Below, piece after piece: positions 37,019 to 47,394 of a stretch of DNA of 64,000 nucleotides (within the stretch, counting starts at the first letter, position 1; each line of letters begins with the position of its first letter). The position numbers were made by a program, and so were the translations under genes. Source of the stretch: Heterodontus francisci (Eukaryota); NCBI RefSeq assembly GCF_036365525.1, contig NW_027141968.1, positions 1 to 64,000 of the forward strand. Direction: 5' to 3'. The notes under the pieces were generated by a model, which saw only the letters and a list, made by a program, of their open reading frames with translations, did no database searches and was not told where the DNA came from.

Positions 37019-39973
37019 CTAAACATGTCGCCTATTTTCTAAGGTTCTGTATCTCTTTTCTTCCGGCCCATTCATGTATCTGTCTAGATACATCTTAAAA
37101 GACTCCATCGTGCCCGCGTCTACCACCTCCGCTGGCAACGCGTTCCAGGTGCCCACCACCCTCTGCGTAAAGAACTTTCCACGCATATCCCCCCTAAACA
37201 TTCCCCCTTTCACTTTGAACTCGTGTCCTCTAGTAATTGAAGCCCCCACTCTGGGAAAAAGCCTCTTGCTGTCCACCCTGTCTATACCTCTCATGATTTT
37301 GTACACCTCAATCAGGTCCCCGCTCAACCTCCGTCTTTCTAATGAAAATAATCCTAATCTACTCAACCTCTCTTCATAGCTAGCGCCCTCCATACCAGGC
37401 AACATCCTGGTGAACCTCCTCTGCACCCTCTCCAAAGCATCCACATCCTTTTGATAATGTGGCGACCAGAACTGTACGCAGTATTCCAAATGTGGCCGAA
37501 CCAAAGTCCTATACAACTGTAACATGACCTGCCAACTCTTGTACTCAATGTCCCGTCCGATGAAGGAAAGCATGCCGTATGCCTTCTTGACCACTCTATT
37601 TACCTGCGTTGCCACCTTCAGGGAACAGTGGACCTGAACACCCAAATCTCTCTGGACATCAATTTTCCCCAGGACTTTTCCATTTACTGTATAGTTCACT
37701 CTTGAATTGGATCTTCCAAAATGCATCACCTCGCATTTGCCCTGATTCAACTCCATCTGCCATTTCTCTGCCCAACTCTCCAATCTATCTATATTCTGCT
37801 GTATTCTCTGACAGTCCCCTTCACTATCTGCTACTTCACCAATCCTAGTGTCGTCTGCAAACTTGCTAATCAGTCCACCTATACTTTCCTCCAAATCATT
37901 AATGTATATCACAAGCAACAGTGGTCCCAGCACGGATCCCTGTGGAACACCACTGGTCACACGTCTCCATTTTGAGAAACTCCCCTCTACTGCTACTCTC
38001 TGTCTCCTGTTGCCCAGCCAGTTCTTTATCCATCTAGCTAGTACACCTTGCACCCCAAGCGCCTTCACTTTCTCCATCAGCCTGCCATGGGGAACCTTAT
38101 CAAACGCCTTACTGAAGTCCATGTATATGACATCGACAGCCCTTCCCTCATCAATCAACTTTGTCACTTCCTCAAAGAATTCTATTAAGTTGGTAAGACA
38201 TGACCTTCCCTGCACAAAACCATGTTGCCTATCACTGATGAGCCCATTTACTTCCAAATGGGAATAGATCCTATCCCTCAGTATCTTCTCCAGCAGCTTC
38301 CCTACCACTGACGTCAGGCTCACCGGTCTATAATTACCTGGATTATCCCTGCTACCCTTCTTAAACAAGGGGACAACATTAGCAATTCTCCAGTCCTCCG
38401 GGACCTCACCCGTGTTTAAGGATGCTGCAAAGATATCTGTTAAGGCCCCAGCTATTTCCTCTCTCGCTTCCCTCAGTAACCTGGGATAGATCCCATCCGG
38501 ACCTGGGGACTTGTCCACCTTAATGCCCTTTAGAATACCCAACACTTCCTCCCTCCTTATGCCGACTTGACCTAGAGTAATCAAACATCTGTTCCTAACC
38601 TCAACATCCGTCATGTCCCTCTCCTCGGTGAATACCGATGCAAAGGACTCGTTTAGAATCTCACCCATTTTCGCTGAGTCCAAGCATAACATTCCTCCTT
38701 TGTCCTTTAGTGGGCCAATCCTTTCTCTAGTTACCCTCTTTCTCCTTATATATGAATAAAAGGCTTTGGGATTTTCCTTAACCCTGTTTGCTAAAGATAT
38801 TTCATGACCCCTTTTAGCCCTCTTAACTCCTCGTTTCAGATTGGTCCTACATTCCCGATATTCTTTCAAAGCTTCGTCTTTCATCAGCCGCCTGCACCTT
38901 ATGTATGCTTCCTTTTTCCTCTTAGCTAGTCTCACAATTTCACCTGTCATCCATGGTTCCCTAATCTTGCCATTTCTATCCCTCATTTTCACAGGAACAT
39001 GTCTCTCCTGAACGCTAAGCAACCTCTCTTTAAAAGCCTCCCACATATCACATGTGGATTTACCTTCAAACAGCTGCTCCCAATCTACATTTCCCAGCTC
39101 CTGCCGAATTTTGGTATAGTTGGCCTTCCCCCAATTTAGCACTCTTCCTTTAGGACCATTCTCGTCTTTGTCCATGAGTATTTTAAAGCTTACGGAATTG
39201 TGATCACTATTCCCAAAGTAGTCCCCTACTGTAACTTCAACAACCTGGCCGGGCTCATTCCCCAACACCAGGTCCAGTATGGCCCCTTCCCGAGTTGGAC
39301 TATTTACATACTGCTCTAGAAAACCTTCCTGGATGCTCCTTACAAATTCTGCTCCATCTGGACCTCTAACACTAAACGAATCCCAGTCAATGTTGGGAAA
39401 ATTAAAATCTCCTATCACCACCACCCTGTTGCTCCAACATCTTTCATTAAACTTTTTACATATTTGTACCTCTATCCCACGCTCGCTGTTGGGAGGCCTG
39501 TAGTACAGCCCCAACATTGTTACCGCACCCTTCCTATTTCTGAGTTCTGTCCATATTGCCTCACTGCTCGAGTCCTCCATAGTGCCCTCCTTCAGCACAG
39601 CTGTCATATCCTCTTTGACCAGTAATGCAACTCCTCCACCCCTTTTACCTCCCTCTCTATCCCGCCTGAAGCATCGATATCCTGGGATATTTAGTTGCCA
39701 ATCATGCCCTTCCCTCAACCAAGTCTCAGTAATAGCAGTAACATCATACTCCCAGGTACTAATCCATGCCCTAAGTTCATCTGCCTTACCTACTACACTT
39801 CTTGCATTAAAACAAATGCACCTCAGACCACCAGTCCCTTTATATTCATCATCTGCTCCCTGCCTGTTCTTCCCCTTAGTCACACTGACTTCATTATCTA
39901 GTTCCTTACAGGCTTTTGTTACTACCTCCTTACTGTCAACTGACCTCAATTGGTTCCCATCCCCCTGCCACAT
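37019..39973 (-). CDS. CR1 ORF2, APE endonuclease + reverse transcriptase, intact 984 aa
   Basis: NARS, ITETW, GDFN, SDH, YRPVSLTS, PQGSVLGP, FADD. Confidence 0.97.
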   Translation of the reverse strand: MWQGDGNQLRSVDSKEVVTKACKELDNEVSVTKGKNRQGADDEYKGTGGLRCICFNARSVVGKADELRAWISTWEYDVTAITETWLREGHDWQLNIPGYRCFRRDREGGKRGGGVALLVKEDMTAVLKEGTMEDSSSEAIWTELRNRKGAVTMLGLYYRPPNSERGIEVQICKKFNERCWSNRVVVIGDFNFPNIDWDSFSVRGPDGAEFVRSIQEGFLEQYVNSPTREGAILDLVLGNEPGQVVEVTVGDYFGNSDHNSVSFKILMDKDENGPKGRVLNWGKANYTKIRQELGNVDWEQLFEGKSTCDMWEAFKERLLSVQERHVPVKMRDRNGKIREPWMTGEIVRLAKRKKEAYIRCRRLMKDEALKEYRECRTNLKRGVKRAKRGHEISLANRVKENPKAFYSYIRRKRVTRERIGPLKDKGGMLCLDSAKMGEILNESFASVFTEERDMTDVEVRNRCLITLGQVGIRREEVLGILKGIKVDKSPGPDGIYPRLLREAREEIAGALTDIFAASLNTGEVPEDWRIANVVPLFKKGSRDNPGNYRPVSLTSVVGKLLEKILRDRIYSHLEVNGLISDRQHGFVQGRSCLTNLIEFFEEVTKLIDEGRAVDVIYMDFSKAFDKVPHGRLMEKVKALGVQGVLARWIKNWLGNRRQRVAVEGSFSKWRRVTSGVPQGSVLGPLLLVIYINDLEESIGGLISKFADDTRIGEVADSEGDCQRIQQNIDRLESWAEKWQMELNQGKCEVMHFGRSNSRVNYTVNGKVLGKIDVQRDLGVQVHCSLKVATQVNRVVKKAYGMLSFIGRDIEYKSWQVMLQLYRTLVRPHLEYCVQFWSPHYQKDVDALERVQRRFTRMLPGMEGASYEERLSRLGLFSLERRRLSGDLIEVYKIMRGIDRVDSKRLFPRVGASITRGHEFKVKGGMFRGDMRGKFFTQRVVGTWNALPAEVVDAGTMESFKMYLDRYMNGPEEKRYRTLENRRHV

Positions 39974-40914
39974 TAGTTTAAACCCTCCCCAACAGCGTTA
40001 GCAAAAGCACCTCCAAGGACATTGGTTCCAGTCCGGCCCAGGTGTAGACCGTCCAATTTTTAATAGTCCCACCTCCCCCAGAACCGGTCCCAATGTCCCA
40101 AAAATCTGAACCCCTCCTTCCTGCACCATCTCTCAAGCCACGCATTCATCCTGACTATTCTTTCATTTTTACTCTGACTATCACGTGGCACTGGTAGTAA
40201 TCCTGAGATTACTACCTCTGAGGTCCTACTTTTTAACTTGGCTCCTAACTCCCTAAACTCTGCTTGTAGGACCTCATCCCGTTTTTTACCTATATCATTA
40301 GTGCCTATGTGCACAATGACAACTGGCTGTTCACCCTCCCCCTTTAGAATGTTCTGCAGCCGATCTGAGACAACCCGTGCACCTGGGAGGCAACATACCA
40401 TTCGGGAGCCTCGTTTTCGACCACAGAACCGCCTATCTACTCCCCTTACAATCGAATCCCCTACGACTATAGCCCTTCCACTCTTTTTCCCGCCCTTCTG
40501 AACAGCAGAGCCAGCCACGGTGCCATGGACCTGGCTACTGCTGCCTTCCCCTGGTGAGCCATCTCCCCCAACAGTATCCAAAACGGTATACTTGTTTTGG
40601 AGGGAGATGACCGCAGGGGACTCCTGCGCTGCCTTCCTGCTCTTTCTCTGCCTTTTGGTCACCCATTCCCTTTCTCCCTCAGCAATCCTAATCTGCGGTG
40701 TGACCAATTCACTAAACGTGCTATCCACGACCTCCTCAGCATCGCGCATGCTCCAAAGTGAGTCCATCCGCAGCTCGAGAGCCGTCATGCGGTCTAACAA
40801 GAGCTGCAGTTGGACACACTTCCTGCACGTGAAGGAGTCAGGGACATCAGCCGTGTCCCTGAGCTCCCACATTGAGCAAGAGGAGCATGACACTGGTCTG
40901 AGATCTCCTGCCAT
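39973..40914 (-). pseudogene. CR1 ORF1 (Cys finger + SGNH esterase) with a premature TAA at 40060-40062
   Basis: CSSC..CRKC, GDS, HIGTND. The frame continues KLDGLHL...GEGLN* after the stop. Confidence 0.9.
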
Positions 40915-41093
40915 TTTTAATCTTAAGCTTAACTTAGTTAAATGAAAAAGGAACGAAAAGTTTTTACCAATCACAATAAAACCAGAGAAATCGAAAAAGC
41001 CTTACCTTATAAACACCCCACCGAGTCCTTTTTTTTTTGGTTAGAGGAGGAGGGCGGGTGGGAGACACGACAAGTGTGGTGTCTCGGGTTCAG

Positions 41094-42364
41094 AAACCGT
41101 CCAAATATATAGTGTTTTTCTTACCCAGCAGCCCCCTGGCCTCCGCCGAAAAACAAAAGGAAATTAAAGTTACTTTCAAACTGACCTTCCCAGCTGCTCA
41201 CTCGCTCACTCTCTGCTCCCGAAAAAGCTGCTGCAGTGAAAGGAAAGTTATTTCAAACCGCCCAGATATATAGTGTTTTACTTACCCAGCAGCCCCCTGG
41301 CCTCCGCCGAAAAACAAAAGGAAATTAAATTTACTTTCAAACTGACCTTCCCAGCTGCTCACTCGCTCACTCTCTGCTCCCGAAAAAGCTGCTGCAATGA
41401 AAGGAAAGTTATTTCAAACCGTCCAAATATATAGTGTTTTACTTACCCAGCAGCCCCCTGGCCTCCGCCGAAAAACGAAAGGAAATTAAATTTACTTTCA
41501 AACTGACCTTCCCAGTGCTCACTCGCTCACTCTCTGCTCCCGAAAAAGCTGCTGCAATGAAAGGAAAGTTATTTCAAACCGCCCAAATATATAGTGTTTT
41601 ACTTACCCAGCAGCCCCCTGGCCTCCGCCGAAAAACAAAAGGAAATTAAATTTACTTTCAAACTGACCTTCCCAGCTGCTCACTCGCTCACTCTCTGCTC
41701 CCGAAAAAGCTGCTGCAATGAAAGGAAAGTTATTTCAAACCGCCCAAATATATAGTGTTTTACTTACCCAGCAGCCCCCTGGCCTCCGCCGAAAAACAAA
41801 AGGAAATTAAATTAACTTTCTAACTGACCTTCCCAGCTGCTCACTCGCTCACTCTCTGCTCCCGAAAAAGCTGCTGCAATGAAAGGAAAGTTATTTCAAA
41901 CCGCCCAAATATATAGTGTTTTACTTACCCAGCAGCCCCCTGGCCTCCGCCGAAAAACAAAAGGAAATTAAATTTACTTTCAAACTGACTTTCCCAGCTG
42001 CTCACTCGCTCACTCTCTGCTCCCGAAAAAGCTGCTGCAATGAAAGGAAAGTTATTTCAAACTGCCCAAATATATAGTGTTTTACTTACCCAGCAGCCCC
42101 CTGGCCTCCGCCGAAAAACAAAAGGAAATTAAATTTACTTTCTAACTGACCTTCCCAGCTGCTCACTCGCTCACTCTCTGCTCCCGAAAAAGCTTCTGCA
42201 ATGAAAGGAAAGTTATTTTAAACCGCCCAAATATATAGTGTTTTACTTACCCAGCAGCCCCCTGGCCTCCGCCGAAAAACAAAAGGAAATTAAATTTACT
42301 TTCAAACTGACCTTCCCAGCTGCTCACTCGCTCACTCTCTGCTCCCGAAAAAGCTGCTGCAATG
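41094..42364 (-). repeat. Tandem array of 8 x 161-bp monomers forming the CR1 5' end
   Basis: CTTACCCAGC recurs at 41120, 41281, 41442, 41602, 41763, 41924, 42085 and 42246. Confidence 0.97.
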
Positions 42365-44089
42365 ACACCTCCTGTGATAGCTTGGGAAGGCGCCGTGGGA
42401 AGGGATCCCAGCAGAATGCTGATGGGGAGGAGAAGGGAAGATCTGCTTGGTAGTGGCGTCACGCTGGATGTGGCGGAAATGGCGGGGATGATCCTTTGGA
42501 TGTGAGGGTGGTGGGATGGAAAATGAGGGCAAGGTGAACGCTACCATGGTTCTTGGAGGCAGGGAAAGGGGTGAGGGCAGAAGTACTGAAAATGGGTCAG
42601 ACACGGTTGAAGACCCTGTCAATTATAGTGCAGGGGAATCCTTGGTGAGGGGAAAAGGAGACATGTCAGAAGCGCTGTCATGGAAGGTTGCATCATCAGA
42701 AGAGACTGTTACACAGAAACTGGGAGAATTGGATGAAATCATTACAGGAAGCAGAGTGTGAGCAAGTGTAATCAAGAATGCCATGGGAGTCGGTGGGCTT
42801 ATCATGAATATCAGTAGACAGCCTACCCCATGAGATGCAGACAGAGAAGTCGTGGAAGAGAAGGGAATAGACTATGGAAGGTAAGAGAAGGGTGTAAATT
42901 GGAAGCAAAGTTAATGAGGTTTTCCAATTCAGGGAAGGAGCAAGAAGCGGCACCGTAACAGTGATCACCGATACCAGAATAAGAGGGGAAAGGAGGGTGC
43001 CTGAGTAGGACTCGAGCAAGAAATGTTCGACAGATCCCACAAAAAGACAGGCACGACTAGGACCCATGCGGTACCAATAGCAACACCTTTTAGTTGAAGG
43101 AAATGAGCGGAGTTGAACGAGAAGTTGTCCAATGTAAAAACACGTTTAGCCAGGCAGGAGGGTGGTGGTGGATGGGACTGGCTGCGTCCCTGTTCAAGGA
43201 ACAAGCGGGGAGCCCTCATATTATCCTGGTAGGGGAAGGAGCAGTCGAGAGATTGGACGTCCATAGTGAAGTGGAGGCAGTTCGGGCCAGGTAACTTGAA
43301 ATTGCCAAAATGACTTACAGCATCCGAAGAGTCACGGATGTAGGTCGGAATGGACTGGACCAGGGGAGAAAAGGTAGAGACAAGGTAGGAAGGAATAAGT
43401 TCAGTGGGGCAGGAACAGGCTGGAACAATGAATCTGCTGGGACAGTCCTGTTTGTGGATTTTAGAGAGAAGGTCGAGGCAGGCTGTCTGGGGTTGAGGGC
43501 TGGAAGCAGTAGAGGGAAGATCTCCGGAGAAGATTAGGTCAGTGACAGTCCAGAAGGCAGTGGCTTGAGGTTCGCAGGTGAGACCATGGTCCTGGGGGAG
43601 GTAGGGCGAAGTGTCTGTGAGTTGACTCTGAGCCTCTGCAAGGTAGAGTTCAGCATACCAGACAATAAAAGCGGCACCCTTGTCACCAGGTTCCATCACC
43701 TGAGAGATGGAACGCAGCAAGTTCGGACATAGTCAGATTTAGAGTGGGTAAGGGAAGTGGAGAAATTAGGACGACCGATGTCACGCCGACTTTCGACAAT
43801 GAAACGATCAAGACTTGGTAAGAGGCGAGATGGAGGTGTCCAGGTGGAGGGAGAATACTTTGGATGGGTGAAAGGGTCCACTGGTCGGCAGGAGGTCTCA
43901 AGGTCAAAGAAATGAGCTCGGAGGTGAAAGTGATGGACAAGGAGCTCAACGTCATGCCGAGCGCGAAATTCATTGCGGTGGGGGCGTAAGGGGACAACAC
44001 TGAGTCCGTTGTTAAGTACAGATTGTTCAGAATCAGAGGTGGGAATGTGTGATGGAACTGAATTAACAGTGCATTGCTCCAGCCACGGT

Positions 44090-44935
44090 CATAGAACATA
44101 GAACACAGAACATAGAACATAGAACATAGAACATTACAGCGCAGTACAGGCCCTTCGGCCCTCGATGTTGCGCCGACCTGTGAAAGCATCTGACCGACAC
44201 TATTCCATTTTCATCCATATGTCTATCCAATGACCACTTAAATGCCCTTAAAGTTGGCGAGTCTACGACTGTTGCAGGCAGGGCGTTCCACGCCCCTACT
44301 ACTCTCTGAGTAAAGAAACTACCTCTGACATCTGTCCTATATCTATCACCCCTCAACTTAAAGCTATGTCTCCTCGTGTTTGCCATCACCATCCGAGGAA
44401 AAAGACTCTCACTATCCACCCTATCTAACCCTTTGATTATCTTATATGTCTCTATTAAGTCACCTCTCCTCCTCCTTCTCTCTAACGAAAACAACCTCAA
44501 GTCCCTCAGCCTTTCCTCGTAAGACCTTCCCTCCATACCAGGCAACATCCTAGTAAATCTCCTCTGCACCCTTTCCAAAGCTTCCACATCCTTCCTATAA
44601 TGCGGTGACCAGAACTGCACACAATACTCCAGGTGCTGCCGCATCAGAGTTTTGTACAGCTGCAGCATGACCTCGTGGCTCCGAAACTCGATCCCCCTAC
44701 TAATAAAAGCTAACACACCATATGCCTTCTTAACAGCCCTATTAACCTGGGTGGCAACTTTCAGGGATTTATGTACCTGGACACCAAGATCTCTCTGTTC
44801 ATCTACACTACCAAAAATCTTCCCATTAGCCCAGTACTCTGCATTCCTGTTACTCCTTCCAAAGTGAATCACCTCACACTTTTCCGCATTAAACTCCATT
44901 TGCCATCTCTCAGCCCAGCTCTGCAGCCTATCTGC
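44090..44935 (-). mobile_element. 5'-truncated young CR1 with (TTCTATG)n tail
   Basis: Open RT C-terminus; CATAGAA repeats at 44090-44133. Confidence 0.93.
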
Positions 44936-46473
44936 ATGTCGTAACATATTAGTTGGAGGCTCGTCTCTGGGATCACATATTAATTGGATGATCACAATTT
45001 CTGGGTTAAACCCAATGCTGACAACGTTCAATTCTAAGTGAGGTAATAAAAATTGGAAAAGGGTAAATAAAATGAACCAGGTTTCTTCTATAAATGGGTC
45101 AAGGCTTTATCATCTGAATGGTGTTAACAGTTGCTGCAGAGTTTCTGGGAAAGGTGAATGTGCCCCTCAGTGACGACTTTAACCACGATTAAGCTAAAAG
45201 GTTTGGCAGCAAAGTTAGGATTGGAATTAAAATAATGTGGTAAAAAAACAAAGATAATTGACGTCATAGCCCAACATTTAAAAGTAAAAGAGGAAGAACA
45301 AGAAGATAGTAAGTGAGAGGATGATGCAGCTGAAGTGGCTAAGATTTAGTTAGAAATTTTAATAAAACACTCAGGCTTCAACAGGAAAAGGAAATGGTAA
45401 AATTTGAGGCTGAGAAAAAATTATGAAAACCTAAACTTCAGAGAGAAAGTGAAAGAGATGGGAGGGATTTTAGGTTATAAGAAATGCAACTAAGACAAAG
45501 CGGTAATCTTGATTCCAGGTACGGTCTGGTCAGGAAGAATTTTAATTCTGACCATAACCCAAGGAAAAGCTGTTTAGATATATACAAGCTCTTCCAATGT
45601 TTGAGGAAAGGGACTAGAGTCATTTTTCACATCTTGTGCAAAAATAACCAAACAAACGAATTTGCCAAACGAAAGATGGACACTGCTTATGCAAAGTCGG
45701 TAGATGGGCAGAGCTCATGAACTTCATGCCATGCTTCCTGAAGAGGCTTCTGCAGATTATGAGATCGAAAAAAGCGCTATCTTCGCTGCGTATGAGTTAG
45801 TCCGTGAAGGTTACCATCAGAAGTTTCAAAACATATGGAGATTTTTTTTGGCAGACGCATGTAGAATTTGAGAGGGTGAAGCAAATTAGTTTTGACCGTT
45901 GGATACGGGCATCAAAAATTGAAACCACATATGAGAATTTAGAGAACTGATTCTCTTGGAAGAGTTCAAACAAATCAATTCCTTCAGTACTGAGAACTCA
46001 TGTGGATAACCTGTGAGACTTGTGAGTTATAAAGGCCAGGCAAGCGGCAGAAATTGCTGATAATGTTGTGCTTGTGAATAAGCCAAAACCTTTTGTCCGT
46101 CACCCTCATAAACCCAAAACGGATATAAAGTGGGAGAGTGAAAGGAAGGCAAGTAGCCAGGAAGAAGAAGCAACAGCTGGGAATGTCCCAGCTTACTGTT
46201 TTCCTTGTCTTTGAGTTTCTTTTGGCGCCGGAGGAACCGGAAGCTGGTCGGCAGCGAGGACTCCTGGGTAGGTATTTTCCTTAAAGGTGCGGAGCTGAGT
46301 AAACCCGAGCCACTACACATGTAGTGTCTCCCACCCATCCTCCTCCTGTAACCTAATAATAAAACCCTTTTTACCCTCCTCCTCTAACCAAAAAGGACTG
46401 AGCAGGTAAGCTATTTACTGTTTTTGTTAATATCTATAGTTGTACTTAACTAAGGGGTAATTGAATAAAAGAA

Positions 46474-47394
46474 ATGGCAGCCAGTGTAGTGTATTGCTCC
46501 TCCTGCAGAATGTTCGAGGTGAGGGGAACCTCCGGTGACCCTGCCGACTTCACCTGCTGGAAGTGCATCCGTCTCCAGCTCCTATCAGACCGTGTTAGGG
46601 AATTGGAGCTGGAGCTGGATGAACTGAGGATCATTCGGGAAGCTGAGGGGTTGATAGATAGAAGCTACACGGAGGTCGTTACTCCACAAATCAAAGGCAG
46701 CTGGGTAACAGTTAGAGGTGGGAAGAGGTCAGTGCAGGGATCTCCTGTGGTCGTTCCCCTCAACAACAAGTATACAGTTTTAGATACTGTTGGGGGGGAC
46801 GGCCTATCGGGGGCAGGCTGCAGTGACCGGGCCTCTGGCACGGGGTCCTGCACTGCGGCTCAGAAGGGAAGGAGGGAGAATGGGAGAGCACTAGTCATTG
46901 GGGACTCGATGGTGAGGAGTACAGACAGGCGGTTCTGTGGGCGCAGGCGAGACGCACGGATGGTTTGTTGCCTCCCTGGTGCCAGGGTCCGTGATGTTTG
47001 TGATCGCGTCTTCAGGATCCTTAAAGGGGAGGGGGAGCAGCCAGAGGTCGTGGTGCACATTGGCACCAACGACGTAGGAAGGAAGGGTGGCACAGATGTT
47101 AGAAGTGAGTTTAGGGAGTTAGGCTGGAAGCTGAAAGCTCGGACGGACAGAGTTGTTATCTCTGGTTTGTTGCCGGCGCCACGTGATAGTGAGGCTAGGA
47201 ATAGGGAGAGAGCACAGCTGAACACGTGGCTGCAGGAATGGTGTAGGAGGGAGGGCTTCCAGTTCTTGGATAATTGGACTGCATTCTGGGGAAGATGGGA
47301 CCTGTTCAAACAGGACGGGCTGCATCTGAACCAGAGGGGCACCAATATCCTGGGAGGGAGGTTTGCTAGTACTGTTCGGGAGGGTTTAAACTAG
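46474..47394 (+). CDS. CR1 ORF1, Cys finger + coiled coil + SGNH esterase, 306 aa
   Basis: CSSC..CWKC, GDS, HIGTND, DGLH. Confidence 0.95.
   Translation: MAASVVYCSSCRMFEVRGTSGDPADFTCWKCIRLQLLSDRVRELELELDELRIIREAEGLIDRSYTEVVTPQIKGSWVTVRGGKRSVQGSPVVVPLNNKYTVLDTVGGDGLSGAGCSDRASGTGSCTAAQKGRRENGRALVIGDSMVRSTDRRFCGRRRDARMVCCLPGARVRDVCDRVFRILKGEGEQPEVVVHIGTNDVGRKGGTDVRSEFRELGWKLKARTDRVVISGLLPAPRDSEARNRERAQLNTWLQEWCRREGFQFLDNWTAFWGRWDLFKQDGLHLNQRGTNILGGRFASTVREGLN

Larger units (their letters stand above)
36945..42364 (-). mobile_element. Full-length young CR1 LINE with 5' monomer array
   Basis: ORF1 + ORF2 + tail. Flanking ACAC at 36941-36944 and 42365-42368. Confidence 0.97.
36160..44088 (-). mobile_element. 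Penelope-like retroelement split by a full-length CR1
   Basis: pLTR and GIY-YIG at 36160-36944; RT at 42369-43720 (LLSKIHK, TMDVQSL, QLKGVAIGT). Continuous across an ACAC duplication. Confidence 0.9.

Noticed and set aside
41094-42364. CRISPR-like array
   Set aside because: Eukaryotic DNA; whole units repeat with no unique spacers.
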